Positions 50,661 through 59,815 of a DNA stretch of 64,000 bases are shown one piece after another (the stretch's first letter is position 1; each line of letters begins with the position of its first letter). The DNA comes from Chloroflexota bacterium (GTDB lineage Bacteria > Chloroflexota > Dehalococcoidia > UBA2979). The stretch is taken from contig VXOS01000053.1 of assembly GCA_009839925.1 (NCBI GenBank), positions 2,447-66,446 on the forward strand, given 5' to 3'. The position numbers were made by a program, and so were the translations under genes. A model generated the notes under the pieces. The model was not told where the DNA came from. It ran no database searches and saw nothing but the letters and a program-made list of their open reading frames with translations.

Positions 50661-52058
50661 ATGACCGATGATCTCGCTTACGCAACGATCGAGGAACTCG
50701 CCCCGCGGATCGCCTCAGGGGCGCTGTCGCCGGTCGAGCTGACGCAGGCCCAGTTGGACCGCATCGAGGCGCACGACGGTCGGCTCAAGAGTTACGCGAC
50801 CGTGATGGCTGATTCGGCGCTGGCGGAAGCGCAGCAGGCCGCGGACGAGATCGCCGCCGGCAACTATCGCGGTCCGCTGCACGGGATTCCGGTCGCGGTC
50901 AAGGACCTCTGCTACACGACGGGCGTCCGCACGATGGGCGGGACGAAGGTGCTCGAGGACCTCGTTCCCGACTTCGATTCCACGGTCGTCGCCCGATTCA
51001 AGGACGCCGGCGCCGTGATGCTGGGCAAGCTCAACATGACCGAGGGCGCGATGGCCGGATACAACCGCGCGCGAGAGGTGCCGGTGAACCCCTGGGACGC
51101 CGGACGCTGGACCGGCGTCTCCTCCAGCGGCTCCGCTGTGGCGACGGCGGCCGGGCTTTGCTACGCGTCATTGGGCAGCGACACCGGCGGCTCCATCCGT
51201 ACGCCGTCCGCGGCCTGCGGCATCGTCGGCCTGAAGCCGACCTGGGGACGCGTGAGCCGCTACGGCGTGATCGACCTGGCGCAGTCGCTCGACCACGTCG
51301 GCCCGATGTGCCGCTCGACCTGGGACTGCGCCGTCACGCTCGAGGCGATCGCGGGCGACGACCCCAACGATCCGACCACGCTGCCCGAGCCGGCCCCGGC
51401 GATGCTCGACGGGATCGAGGATGGCGTTGCGGGTATGCGGATCGGCTACGACGAGCGCTACGCGACCGAACCGGTCATCCCGCCAATCGCCGAGGCCGTC
51501 GCCGCATCGGTCGAGCTCCTGGCCTCGCTGGGCGCGGAGATCGTCCCGGTGCAGCTGCCCGACTTCGAGCCTTACATGGCCGACCTGGCGACGCTCTGCT
51601 CGGTCGAGGCGCTGCACGCGCATCTCGACAACTATCCGGACCGGGCCGACGACTACGGCAACTGGTTCGCCGCCTGGCTGGAGCTGGGGTCGTCGTTCAG
51701 CGCGACCGACTACGCCGACGCCTGCATCCGCCGCGAAGAGCTGCGCGGCCTGCTGGCTCGGGTCTTCGCCGGCATCGAGATGTTGGCCTGTCCGGCCCAG
51801 GGCACGCTGCCGCATCGGGTGACCGAGGACATGATGTACGACGACACGCCGGGAGAATTCCGGTGGTCGCGGCTGCAGTACACGGCCCCCTGGGACATGA
51901 ACCGCGCCCCGACGCTGACGCTGCCCAACGGCTGGAGCGATCGGGGGATGCCAATGGCGCTGCAGCTCGTCGGTCCGCTGGGCAGCGAACAGGCGCTCTG
52001 CCGGGCCGGCTACGCCTACGAGCAGGCGACGGACTTCATGCGCAACCCGGAACTCTAG
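50661..52058 (+). CDS. Amidase signature (AS) family amidase
   Basis: [33 protein letters not shown] signature with the Ser-cisSer-Lys triad (K in VKDL). Confidence 0.8.
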   Translation: [465 protein letters not shown]

Positions 52059-52133
52059 CGCGGACAAGCGGCGACCGATCGCTCGGGAGCGGGATGGGCC
52101 CATGAATCAACGAGCAATGCCGGGGGCAGTCGA

Positions 52134-53219
52134 ATGAAAGTAAGCAACTGGACCACCCGCGTCCTGGAGGCCCCGGACGTCAACCCGCTCATCGTCGGCG
52201 TCGACCAGCCCGGCACGCGGGAGTTCGTCACGCTGGAACTCGATACGGACGAGGGCGTGCAGGGCATCGGGATCACGTTCTTCGGCGCGGCGCTGACCCC
52301 CGCCCTGCGCACGGCGGTCGACAACCTCTGCGAACTGACGGTGGGCGAGGACCCGCTGCAGGTCGAGGCCGTGACCGACAAGCTGTGGCTCGCGGCGGGC
52401 GGCGCCGGCCCCGAGGGCATCTTCAGCCTCGCGATCTCGGCCATCGACATCGCGCTGTGGGACATCAAGGGGAAGGCGCTGAACCAGACGGTGTGCTCCC
52501 TGCTTGGCGGCCACCGCGACCGGGTGGTGACGTACGCCAGCGGCGCGCTGGGGCGGCCGATGAGCATCGAGTACCTGGCCGAGGCCGGTCCCCGGCTGGT
52601 GGAGCAGGGCTTCAGGCAGATGAAGACGCAGATGGGCGCCGAGCCGACCGCCCGGCGCGAGGTGGCCCGCATCCGCACGCTGCGCGACGCCGTCGGCCCG
52701 GACATCGACCTGATGTGCGACATCAACCAGCTCTGGGACGTGAACCAGGCGATCGCGATCGGATCGCGTGTCGAGGAGTACCACCTGTTCTGGCTGGAGG
52801 ACGTGGTCGTCCGCGACGACTACCAGGGGCTGGCGCGGGTGGCCGACGCGCTCACCACGCCGATCGCCGCCGGAGAGTACGTCTACGGCATCCGCCCGTT
52901 CCGGCACATGCTGGAGCAGCGCTCGATCGACATCGTGATGGTTGACCTGCTGCGGGTGGGCGGGTTCACGCAGTTCCGCAAGGTGGCGGGGATGGCCGAG
53001 GCCTTCAACCTGCCGGTGGTCAGCCATCTGATACCCGAGTTCCAGGTGCACAGCATCGCCGCGATTCCCAACGGACTGACGGTGGAGTACATGCCCTGGA
53101 CGCTGAGGCTGTTCGAGGAAACCCCGGCCATCGAGGACGGGGAAATCGTGGTGCCGGACAAGCCGGGTCTGGGCCTCGCATTCGACCAGGACGCCCTCAA
53201 GCGGTACCAGGTGAGCTGA
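52134..53219 (+). CDS. Enolase-superfamily enzyme (mandelate racemase/muconate lactonizing family), second copy
   Basis: KxK motif (DIKGKAL) and metal ligands DINQLWD...EDVV...DLLRVGG. Confidence 0.75.
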   Translation: MKVSNWTTRVLEAPDVNPLIVGVDQPGTREFVTLELDTDEGVQGIGITFFGAALTPALRTAVDNLCELTVGEDPLQVEAVTDKLWLAAGGAGPEGIFSLAISAIDIALWDIKGKALNQTVCSLLGGHRDRVVTYASGALGRPMSIEYLAEAGPRLVEQGFRQMKTQMGAEPTARREVARIRTLRDAVGPDIDLMCDINQLWDVNQAIAIGSRVEEYHLFWLEDVVVRDDYQGLARVADALTTPIAAGEYVYGIRPFRHMLEQRSIDIVMVDLLRVGGFTQFRKVAGMAEAFNLPVVSHLIPEFQVHSIAAIPNGLTVEYMPWTLRLFEETPAIEDGEIVVPDKPGLGLAFDQDALKRYQVS

Positions 53220-53226
53220 CGAACGC

Positions 53227-53254
53227 TTGGCTCGACAGGGCAATGTGCTAGAAT
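53227..53254 (+). promoter_or_regulatory. Candidate sigma-70-type promoter with extended -10 (TTGGCT-N16-TGcTAGAAT) for the rrf2-cysK operon
   Basis: Read directly, about 40 nt upstream of the Rrf2 start. A partially palindromic ttgagcaacttactcgacaa follows and could be the Rrf2 operator. Confidence 0.35.
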
Positions 53255-53292
53255 GTTGAGCAACTTACTCGACAATAGCGGCGGTCGGGTCC

Positions 53293-53739
53293 ATGTGGCT
53301 GAGCAGGAAGGGCGACTACGGCGTTCGCGCGCTGATTGACCTCGCGCTCCATGACGGCGAGGGGCCGGTCCAGCGCGCGGGCATCGCCGATCGCCAGGAG
53401 ATCCCGGAGTCCTACCTCGATCACCTGATGGCGCTGCTGCGCCGCGGCGGCTTCGTGCGCAGCGTGCGCGGCCCCGGGGGCGGCCACCTGCTGACCCGCC
53501 GCCCCGAGGAGATCTGCCTGCTGCACGTGATCGAGACCCTCGAGGGCTCCGTCGCGCCGATTTCCTGCGTCGAGGATGGCGAGGACTGCACCCACGACTG
53601 CGGTCTCTGCGCCCAGCGCCCCGTCTGGGAGGAGATCTACCAGGACATGCGCCGCCGCCTCGGCGCGGTCAGCATCGCCGACCTCGCGGAGCGCGCGCGG
53701 GCGCAACAGCACGCCCGGGCCGCGCACTACTCGATCTGA
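53293..53739 (+). CDS. Rrf2 family transcriptional regulator (IscR/CymR-like) with Cys ligands
   Basis: MWLSRKGDYGVRALIDLAL winged-helix N-terminus; Cys cluster CVEDGEDCTHDCGLC suggests an Fe-S sensor. Confidence 0.8.
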   Translation: MWLSRKGDYGVRALIDLALHDGEGPVQRAGIADRQEIPESYLDHLMALLRRGGFVRSVRGPGGGHLLTRRPEEICLLHVIETLEGSVAPISCVEDGEDCTHDCGLCAQRPVWEEIYQDMRRRLGAVSIADLAERARAQQHARAAHYSI

Positions 53740-54692
53740 TGACGGCGACCGCGCGCACCAGCGAGGGTCGCCGCGCCCAGCCGGCGATCGCCGACTCCGT
53801 GCTCGACCTGATCGGCGTGACGCCGCTCGTGCGGTTGCACCGCGTCGTGCCCGAGGGCTGCGCCGAGATTCTTGGCAAGCTCGAGTCGCGCAACCCGGCC
53901 GGCTCCGTGAAGGATCGCATCGCGCTGAGCATGATCGAGGATGCCGAGCGCGACGGCCTGATCGCGCCGGGCGACACGATGGTCGAGCCGACCTCCGGCA
54001 ACACCGGCATCGGCCTCGCCATGGTCTGCGCGCGCAAGGGCTACCGGCTGATCCTGACGATGCCCGAGGACATGAGCGTCGAGCGGCGGCGCCTGCTCGA
54101 GCGTTTCGGCGCGGAGTTGCGGCTTACCCCGGCGATCGAGGGCATGACGGGAGCGGTCTACGCCGCCCGGCAGCTGTCCGAGGAGCACGGCTACTTCATG
54201 CCGCAGCAGTTCGATAACCTCGCCAACCCGCGCGTCCACCGCGAGACGACGGGCCCCGAGATCATCGAGGCCACCGGCGGCGCGCTCGACGCGTTCGTCG
54301 CGGGCGTCGGCACCGGCGGCTCGATCACCGGCGTCGGCGAGGTGCTGCGCGAGGCCGTCGCCGACGTGCGCATCGTCGCAGTCGAGCCGTTGCGCTCGCC
54401 GGTGCTCCAGGGCGGACGCGCCGGGCTGCACGGCATCCAGGGCATCGGCGCCTCGTTCGTGCCGGGCGTGCTCAACCGCGAGATCTATGACGAGGTGATC
54501 AGCGTGCGCGACGAGGATGCCTACGCGATGACGGAGCGGCTGACCCGCGAGGAAGGTCTGCTCGTCGGGATCTCGGCCGGCAGTAACGTCTGGGCCTCGA
54601 TCGAGGTCGGCAAGCGGCTCGGGCCGGACTGTCGCGTGGTGACGATGCTCTGTGACACCGGCGAGCGCTACCTGAGCGTGGCGCTCTCGTGA
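53739..54692 (+). CDS. cysK: Cysteine synthase A (O-acetylserine sulfhydrylase)
   Basis: PLP-lysine motif NPAGSVKDRIAL, then TSGNTGIGLA and the GVGTGGSITG loop. Start overlaps the Rrf2 stop. Confidence 0.85.
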   Translation: MTATARTSEGRRAQPAIADSVLDLIGVTPLVRLHRVVPEGCAEILGKLESRNPAGSVKDRIALSMIEDAERDGLIAPGDTMVEPTSGNTGIGLAMVCARKGYRLILTMPEDMSVERRRLLERFGAELRLTPAIEGMTGAVYAARQLSEEHGYFMPQQFDNLANPRVHRETTGPEIIEATGGALDAFVAGVGTGGSITGVGEVLREAVADVRIVAVEPLRSPVLQGGRAGLHGIQGIGASFVPGVLNREIYDEVISVRDEDAYAMTERLTREEGLLVGISAGSNVWASIEVGKRLGPDCRVVTMLCDTGERYLSVALS

Positions 54693-55906
54693 GCAGCAGG
54701 GAACTGAGCAACACGCAACTGGGCAACAAGCGACAGGGAACGGATCGGGGACACATGGCAGATCAGCAGGAAGGACGGCGATCGGAGATGGCGGTCAGCG
54801 TCTACATCCCTCAGCCATTCCGCAGGTTCACGGCCAACCGCGAGTACGTCGAGGTGGACGGCGGCGACGTCGCGGGCGTGCTCGACGCGGTGAACGCGCG
54901 TTACCCCGGCTTCGACATGCTGGTCTACGACCGCGAGCGCCGGGTGCCCGCGCACATCAACATCTACGTCAACAACCAGGAGATACACGAGCTGGACGGC
55001 ATCTCGACCGCCGTCGGCGACGGCGACCAGATCGCGGTCATCCCCGCGCTCGCGGGCGGCGCCGCGCCCAGCACGGCGCTCACCCCGGACGAGGCGATGC
55101 GCTACTCGCGGCACATCATCATGCCGCAGGTCGGATCGATCGGGCAGCGCAAGCTGCGCAACGCAAAGGTGCTGATCGTGGGCGCGGGCGGCCTCGGCTC
55201 TCCCGTCGCGATCTACCTCGCGCTGGCCGGGGTCGGCACGGTCGGCCTCGTCGACTTCGACGTGGTGGACCTCTCCAACCTGCAGCGCCAGCTGCTGCAC
55301 CAGACCGAGGACGTCGGGCGCACCAAGCTCGATTCGGCAGTGGACACGCTGCACGCCTACAACCCGCACGTGCGGGTCGTGACGCACCCGGCGCCGCTGC
55401 ACTCGGAGAACGCGCTGGAGATCATCGGGGACTACGAGATCATCGTGAACGGCGCGGATAACTTCGCGACGCGCTACCTGGTGAACGACGCCGCCTACCT
55501 GCTGGGCAAGACGCTGGTCGACGGCTCGATCCTGCTGTTCGACGGGCAGGCCACGGTGTTCAAGCCCGGCGAGGGCTGCTACCGCTGCCTCTACCCCGCG
55601 CCGCCCCCGCCCGGCCTCGTGCCCTCGTGCGCCGAGGCGGGCGTGCTCGGGGCGATCACCGGCATCGTCGGCTCCATCCAGGCGACCGAGGTGTTCAAGC
55701 AGATCCTGGACATCGGCCGGCCGCTCGTCGGGCGGCTGCTGCTCATCGACGCCTTGACCATGGAGTTCCGTGAGATGAAGCTGCGGCGCGACCCGGCTTG
55801 CCCGCTCTGCGGGGACGAGCCGAGCGTGGTGGAGCTCATCGACTACGACGCGTTCTGCGGCTCGCCGCCGCTCGAGGCCCCGACGGCCAACGGCGGCGGA
55901 CACTAG
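54689..55906 (+). CDS. moeZ: Fusion protein: N-terminal CysO/MoaD-like ubiquitin-fold domain (ending ...PALAGG) joined in frame to a MoeB/MoeZ/ThiF E1-like adenylyltransferase, no rhodanese domain
   Basis: Residues ~34-124 MAVSVYIPQPF...IAVIPALAGG align with the two stand-alone CysO-like proteins. The ORF continues without a stop into AAPSTALTPDEAMRYSRHIIMPQVG...GAGGLGSP...CxxC...CPLC. The true start is probably ATG at about 54755 or 54791, not the GTG at 54689. Confidence 0.7.
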   Translation: MSSRELSNTQLGNKRQGTDRGHMADQQEGRRSEMAVSVYIPQPFRRFTANREYVEVDGGDVAGVLDAVNARYPGFDMLVYDRERRVPAHINIYVNNQEIHELDGISTAVGDGDQIAVIPALAGGAAPSTALTPDEAMRYSRHIIMPQVGSIGQRKLRNAKVLIVGAGGLGSPVAIYLALAGVGTVGLVDFDVVDLSNLQRQLLHQTEDVGRTKLDSAVDTLHAYNPHVRVVTHPAPLHSENALEIIGDYEIIVNGADNFATRYLVNDAAYLLGKTLVDGSILLFDGQATVFKPGEGCYRCLYPAPPPPGLVPSCAEAGVLGAITGIVGSIQATEVFKQILDIGRPLVGRLLLIDALTMEFREMKLRRDPACPLCGDEPSVVELIDYDAFCGSPPLEAPTANGGGH

Positions 55907-55954
55907 GGCACGCGGCGCGTTCATCGGCGACGGGGAGGGAGCCGGTCTTGGAGG

Positions 55955-56223
55955 TGCGGGTCAACGTGACCTCGGTCATCCAAAAGACCGTCGGCGGACA
56001 GCGCGAGCTGACCGCCGAGGGCGGCACCGTCGCGGAGCTGATCGACGACATCGATCGGCGCTACCCGGGATTCCGCGACCAGCTCGTCGACGAAGGCGGG
56101 CAGCTGCACCGCTTCGTCAACGTCTACCTCAACGACGAGGACGTGCGCTTCATGGAGGGCGCCGCGACGGCGCTGAGCGAGGGCGACGAGATCTCGATCC
56201 TGCCAGCGCTGGCCGGCGGCTAG
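55955..56223 (+). CDS. cysO: Sulfur carrier protein CysO (MoaD/ThiS family, C-terminal GG)
   Basis: VRVNVTSVIQKTVGGQ...QLHRFVNVYLNDEDVRFMEGAATALSEGDEISILPALAGG* closely follows mycobacterial CysO. GGAGG overlaps/precedes the GTG start. Confidence 0.8.
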
Positions 56224-56238
56224 CGGCGGAGGATTGTC

Positions 56239-57207
56239 GTGAGTGAGGCGGCAGCGCGGCAGACCGGCCGGACACCGGCCGGCAGCGTGCTCGACCGCAT
56301 CGGCGGGACGCCGCTGGTCGACATCTCCGTGCTGTCGCCCAACCCGGACGTCAGCATCTACGCCAAGCTCGAGGGCGAGAACCCGACGGGCTCCGTCAAG
56401 GACCGCATCGCCTGGTGGATGGTCTCCGCTGCCGAGCAGGACGGCCGCCTCGAGCCGGGCCAGACGATCCTCGAGCCGACCTCCGGGAACACCGGCATCT
56501 CCCTCGCCATGATCGGCCGCCTGCGCGGCTACCCCGTGAAGGTGGTGATGCCGGACGCCGTCACCCGCGAGCGCGTCGAGCTGCTGGAGAGCTTCGGCGC
56601 GGAGATCCTCTACTCGCCCGGCGACCTCGGCACGAACGGATCGGTGCGTGAGGCGGAGCGCATCCACGCCGAGCACCCCGAGTGGTTCATGCCCTTCCAG
56701 TACGAGAACGAGGACAACCCGCGCGCCCACTACGAGAGCACCGCCCCCGAGATCATCGAGGACCTGCCGGGCACCGATGTCTTCGTCGCCGGCCTCGGCA
56801 CGGGCGGGACGCTGACCGGCGTCGGTCGGCGGCTCAAGGAGCACAACCCGGCGGTGCGCATCGTCGCCGCCGCCCCGCACCCGGGCGACCTGGTGCAGGG
56901 CCTGCGCAGCCTCGAGGAGGGCTACATCCCGCCCGTGCTCGACGAGTCCGTGCTCGACGGCCGGATCGTCGTCGACTCGGCGACCTCGTTCCGGCTGACG
57001 CGTGAGCTGACGGAGCGCACCGGCATCTTCGCCGGCGTCTCCAGTGGAGCGGCGGTGCGCGCCGCGCAGCGCGCGGCGGAGCGGATGCGCAGCGGGAAGG
57101 TGGTCTGCCTGCTGGCGGACAGCGGCTGGAAGTACCTGTCCTCTGGCCTCTGGACGCAGGACTACGACGAGATCGAGGAGGACGTAAACACGACGCTCTG
57201 GTGGTAG
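56239..57207 (+). CDS. cysM: CysO-thiocarboxylate-dependent cysteine synthase CysM (O-phosphoserine sulfhydrylase type)
   Basis: PLP motif NPTGSVKDRIAWWM and the fold II family. Gene order cysO-cysM with Mec+ nearby mirrors M. tuberculosis mec-cysO-cysM. Confidence 0.8.
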   Translation: MSEAAARQTGRTPAGSVLDRIGGTPLVDISVLSPNPDVSIYAKLEGENPTGSVKDRIAWWMVSAAEQDGRLEPGQTILEPTSGNTGISLAMIGRLRGYPVKVVMPDAVTRERVELLESFGAEILYSPGDLGTNGSVREAERIHAEHPEWFMPFQYENEDNPRAHYESTAPEIIEDLPGTDVFVAGLGTGGTLTGVGRRLKEHNPAVRIVAAAPHPGDLVQGLRSLEEGYIPPVLDESVLDGRIVVDSATSFRLTRELTERTGIFAGVSSGAAVRAAQRAAERMRSGKVVCLLADSGWKYLSSGLWTQDYDEIEEDVNTTLWW

Positions 57208-57257
57208 CCGGAGCGTCGACGACCGGCGGCGCTATCGCCGGGAAAGGGGAACACAGG

Positions 57258-58082
57258 ATGGCTGACAAGCTTGTAACGGCAGACTGGGTCGCCGAACACG
57301 GCGCCGATGCGAACGTGCGCCTCGTCGAGGTGGATGTCGACACCGGCGCCTACGACGAGGGCCACATCGCTGGCGCCGTCGGCTGGAACTGGGCGACGCA
57401 GTTGCAGGACCAGGTGCAGCGCGACGTGATCTCGAAGGGCGACCTCGAGGAGCTGCTCGGCGCCTCCGGGATCGGCAACGACACGCACGTGGTGCTTTAC
57501 GGCGACAACAACAACTGGTTCGCGGCCTACGCGCTGTGGCTGCTGGAGCTGTACGGCCACGAGCAGGTCTCGCTGATGGACGGCGGCCGCGTGAAGTGGA
57601 TCGCCGACGGGCGCGAGATCACGACCGACGCGCCCTCGGTAGGCCGCGCCAGCTACTCGGCGTCGGAGCAGGACGCGGGCCTGCGCGCCCAGCGCGACGA
57701 GGTGCTCGCGGCGGTGGCGGCGCAGGCGCCGCAGCTGGTGGACGTGCGCAGCCCGGCCGAGTTCGTCGGCGAGATCATCGCCCCGCCCGGCCTCCCGGAG
57801 ACGGCGCAGCGCGCCGGGCACATCCCGGGCGCGATCAACGTGCCCTGGGCGCGCGCGGTCAACGAGGACGGCACCTTCCGCAGCGCCGACGAGCTGCGCG
57901 AGATCTACGGCGGCGCCGGCGTCAGCGCGAGCGATCCGGCGATCGCCTACTGCCGCATCGGCGAGCGCTCCTCGCACACCTGGTTCGTGCTCAAGTACCT
58001 GCTCGGCCACGAGGACGTAAAGAACTACGACGGCTCGTGGACCGAGTACGGCTCGCTCATCGGCGTGCCGATCGAGACCTAG
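57258..58082 (+). CDS. Thiosulfate/3-mercaptopyruvate sulfurtransferase (tandem rhodanese domains)
   Basis: Two rhodanese modules; active-site loop CRIGERSS. Confidence 0.8.
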   Translation: MADKLVTADWVAEHGADANVRLVEVDVDTGAYDEGHIAGAVGWNWATQLQDQVQRDVISKGDLEELLGASGIGNDTHVVLYGDNNNWFAAYALWLLELYGHEQVSLMDGGRVKWIADGREITTDAPSVGRASYSASEQDAGLRAQRDEVLAAVAAQAPQLVDVRSPAEFVGEIIAPPGLPETAQRAGHIPGAINVPWARAVNEDGTFRSADELREIYGGAGVSASDPAIAYCRIGERSSHTWFVLKYLLGHEDVKNYDGSWTEYGSLIGVPIET

Positions 58083-58107
58083 CCCGGAGCCGGGGACGGC
58101 GCGCGCG

Positions 58108-58491
58108 ATGGCCGAGAGCGACAGCGGGGCGCGAGGGTCGCAGCGCGCGATCGTCGAGCGTGCGATCGCGCGCTCCGAGTACGGGCTGCTGACGCTGCGC
58201 TTCCGCGCCTCCGTGCTCGACCGCTACCGCGAACGGGCGGACGCGCGGCTGATCCGCACGCGCACGGTCGGCCGCATCGCAATCGTGCGCGGCTGGTCGA
58301 TCGACGCGGGGATCGCGCCCGGCGAGGAGGAGATCGAGGTGTTCGCGTCGGACTTCGCCGAGCGCCTGCCCGAGTCGGAGCGCGCGCACTGGCTCGACCA
58401 TCTCGCGGGCCAGCCGTCGAGCGCCAACTTCGCGCTGATGCGCCTCAGCGGAAACGCCTGCATCGACGACGGCGAGCCGGAGGCCTGGTAG
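58108..58491 (+). CDS. Hypothetical 127-aa protein between the rhodanese and Mec+ genes
   Basis: GC3-rich codon usage, plus strand, 3-nt gap to mec. No recognisable motif. Confidence 0.4.
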   Translation: MAESDSGARGSQRAIVERAIARSEYGLLTLRFRASVLDRYRERADARLIRTRTVGRIAIVRGWSIDAGIAPGEEEIEVFASDFAERLPESERAHWLDHLAGQPSSANFALMRLSGNACIDDGEPEAW

Positions 58492-58493
58492 CG

Positions 58494-58925
58494 GTGCCGC
58501 GGATTCCTCGCGCCATTGCCGACGCGATCATCGCGCACGCCCGCGAGGACCTGCCGAACGAGGCCTGCGGCCTGGTGCACGCGAAGGACGGCCAACCGGT
58601 TTCCGTGCATCGCGTGACGAACGTGGCCGCCAGCCCCTACCGCTTCGAGATGCACGGCATGGAGCAGATGCGGCTGGAGCAGCAGCGCGACGAGCGAGGC
58701 GAGACGCTGTTCGCGATCTACCACTCGCACGTCGCATCGGCGGCCTACCCCTCGCAGACCGACGTGCGGATGGCGTTCTTCCCGCCCGGCGAGACGGATC
58801 GCGAACCGGCCTATCCGGGGACGTTCTACCTGCTCGTCTCGCTCGCCGAGGATCCTCCGCCGCTGCACACCTACTACATCCACAAGGGCGGCGTGATCGA
58901 GGAGATCCCCGCCGAGATCGTCTGA
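58494..58925 (+). CDS. mec: JAMM/MPN+ metalloprotease Mec+ (CysO-cysteine peptidase)
   Basis: JAMM motif E...HSHVASAAYPSQTD (HxHx7Sx2D) and N-terminal EACGLV. Confidence 0.8.
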   Translation: MPRIPRAIADAIIAHAREDLPNEACGLVHAKDGQPVSVHRVTNVAASPYRFEMHGMEQMRLEQQRDERGETLFAIYHSHVASAAYPSQTDVRMAFFPPGETDREPAYPGTFYLLVSLAEDPPPLHTYYIHKGGVIEEIPAEIV

Positions 58926-58942
58926 CCGCCGGAGCGTCCTCG

Positions 58943-59815
58943 ATGCCTTCCGAAGCGCCTGTGCAGCCACCCCCGCCGATCAAGATCGGCGGACACTGCT
59001 TCGAGTGGGGGCAGCGCAGCTACGTGATGGGCATCGTGAACGCCACGCCGGACTCGTTCTCCGGCGACGGCGTGCTCGACCCGGCCGCCGCCGCCGACCG
59101 GGCAGCGCGCATGGTCGAGGACGGCGCGGACCTGATCGATGTTGGGGCGGAGTCCACCCGGCCCGATCACCAGCCCCTCGACGCTGCTGGCGAGTGGGCG
59201 CGCCTCGCGCCCGTGCTGCGCGCGCTGCGCGAGGCAGTCTCCGCGCCGATCAGCATCGACACCGCCAAGGCCTACGTCGCCGAGCGCGCCTTCGACGCGG
59301 GCGCCGACGCGCTCAACGACGTGCACGGCCTGCGCGCCGACCCGGCGCTCGCGTCGCTGCTCGCAGCGCGCGAGCTACCCGCCGTTCTGATGCACAACCA
59401 GCGCGGCCGTCCCCCGGTCGGCGACGTGATCGCCGACGTGCGCGCGGGCCTCGAGGAGTCGCTCGCGATCGCCGAGGCGGCGGGCGTGCGGCGCGAAATG
59501 CTGATCCTCGATCCGGGGTTCGGGTTCGGCATCGGGCCGCAGCAGAGCCTCGAGCTGGTGCGCCGGCTCGGCGAGCTGCGGTGCCTGGGGCGGCCGCTGC
59601 TGCTCGGCAGCTCGCGCAAGTCCGCGATCGGCTGGGCGCTCGGCCGCGAGCAGGAGCCGCCCTCGACGCGCGCCGCCGGGAGCGCCGCGACGGTCGCGCT
59701 CGCCATCGCTGCCGGGGCCGACATCGTGCGCGTCCACGACGTGCGCGAGATGGCCGATGTCGCGCTCGTGACGGACGCGGTCCTGCACGGGCGGCGTCGC
59801 GGGGATCCGGCATGA
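58943..59815 (+). CDS. folP: Dihydropteroate synthase
   Basis: MGIVNATPDSFSGDG and DVGAESTRP motifs; pterin-binding TIM barrel. Confidence 0.85.
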   Translation: MPSEAPVQPPPPIKIGGHCFEWGQRSYVMGIVNATPDSFSGDGVLDPAAAADRAARMVEDGADLIDVGAESTRPDHQPLDAAGEWARLAPVLRALREAVSAPISIDTAKAYVAERAFDAGADALNDVHGLRADPALASLLAARELPAVLMHNQRGRPPVGDVIADVRAGLEESLAIAEAAGVRREMLILDPGFGFGIGPQQSLELVRRLGELRCLGRPLLLGSSRKSAIGWALGREQEPPSTRAAGSAATVALAIAAGADIVRVHDVREMADVALVTDAVLHGRRRGDPA

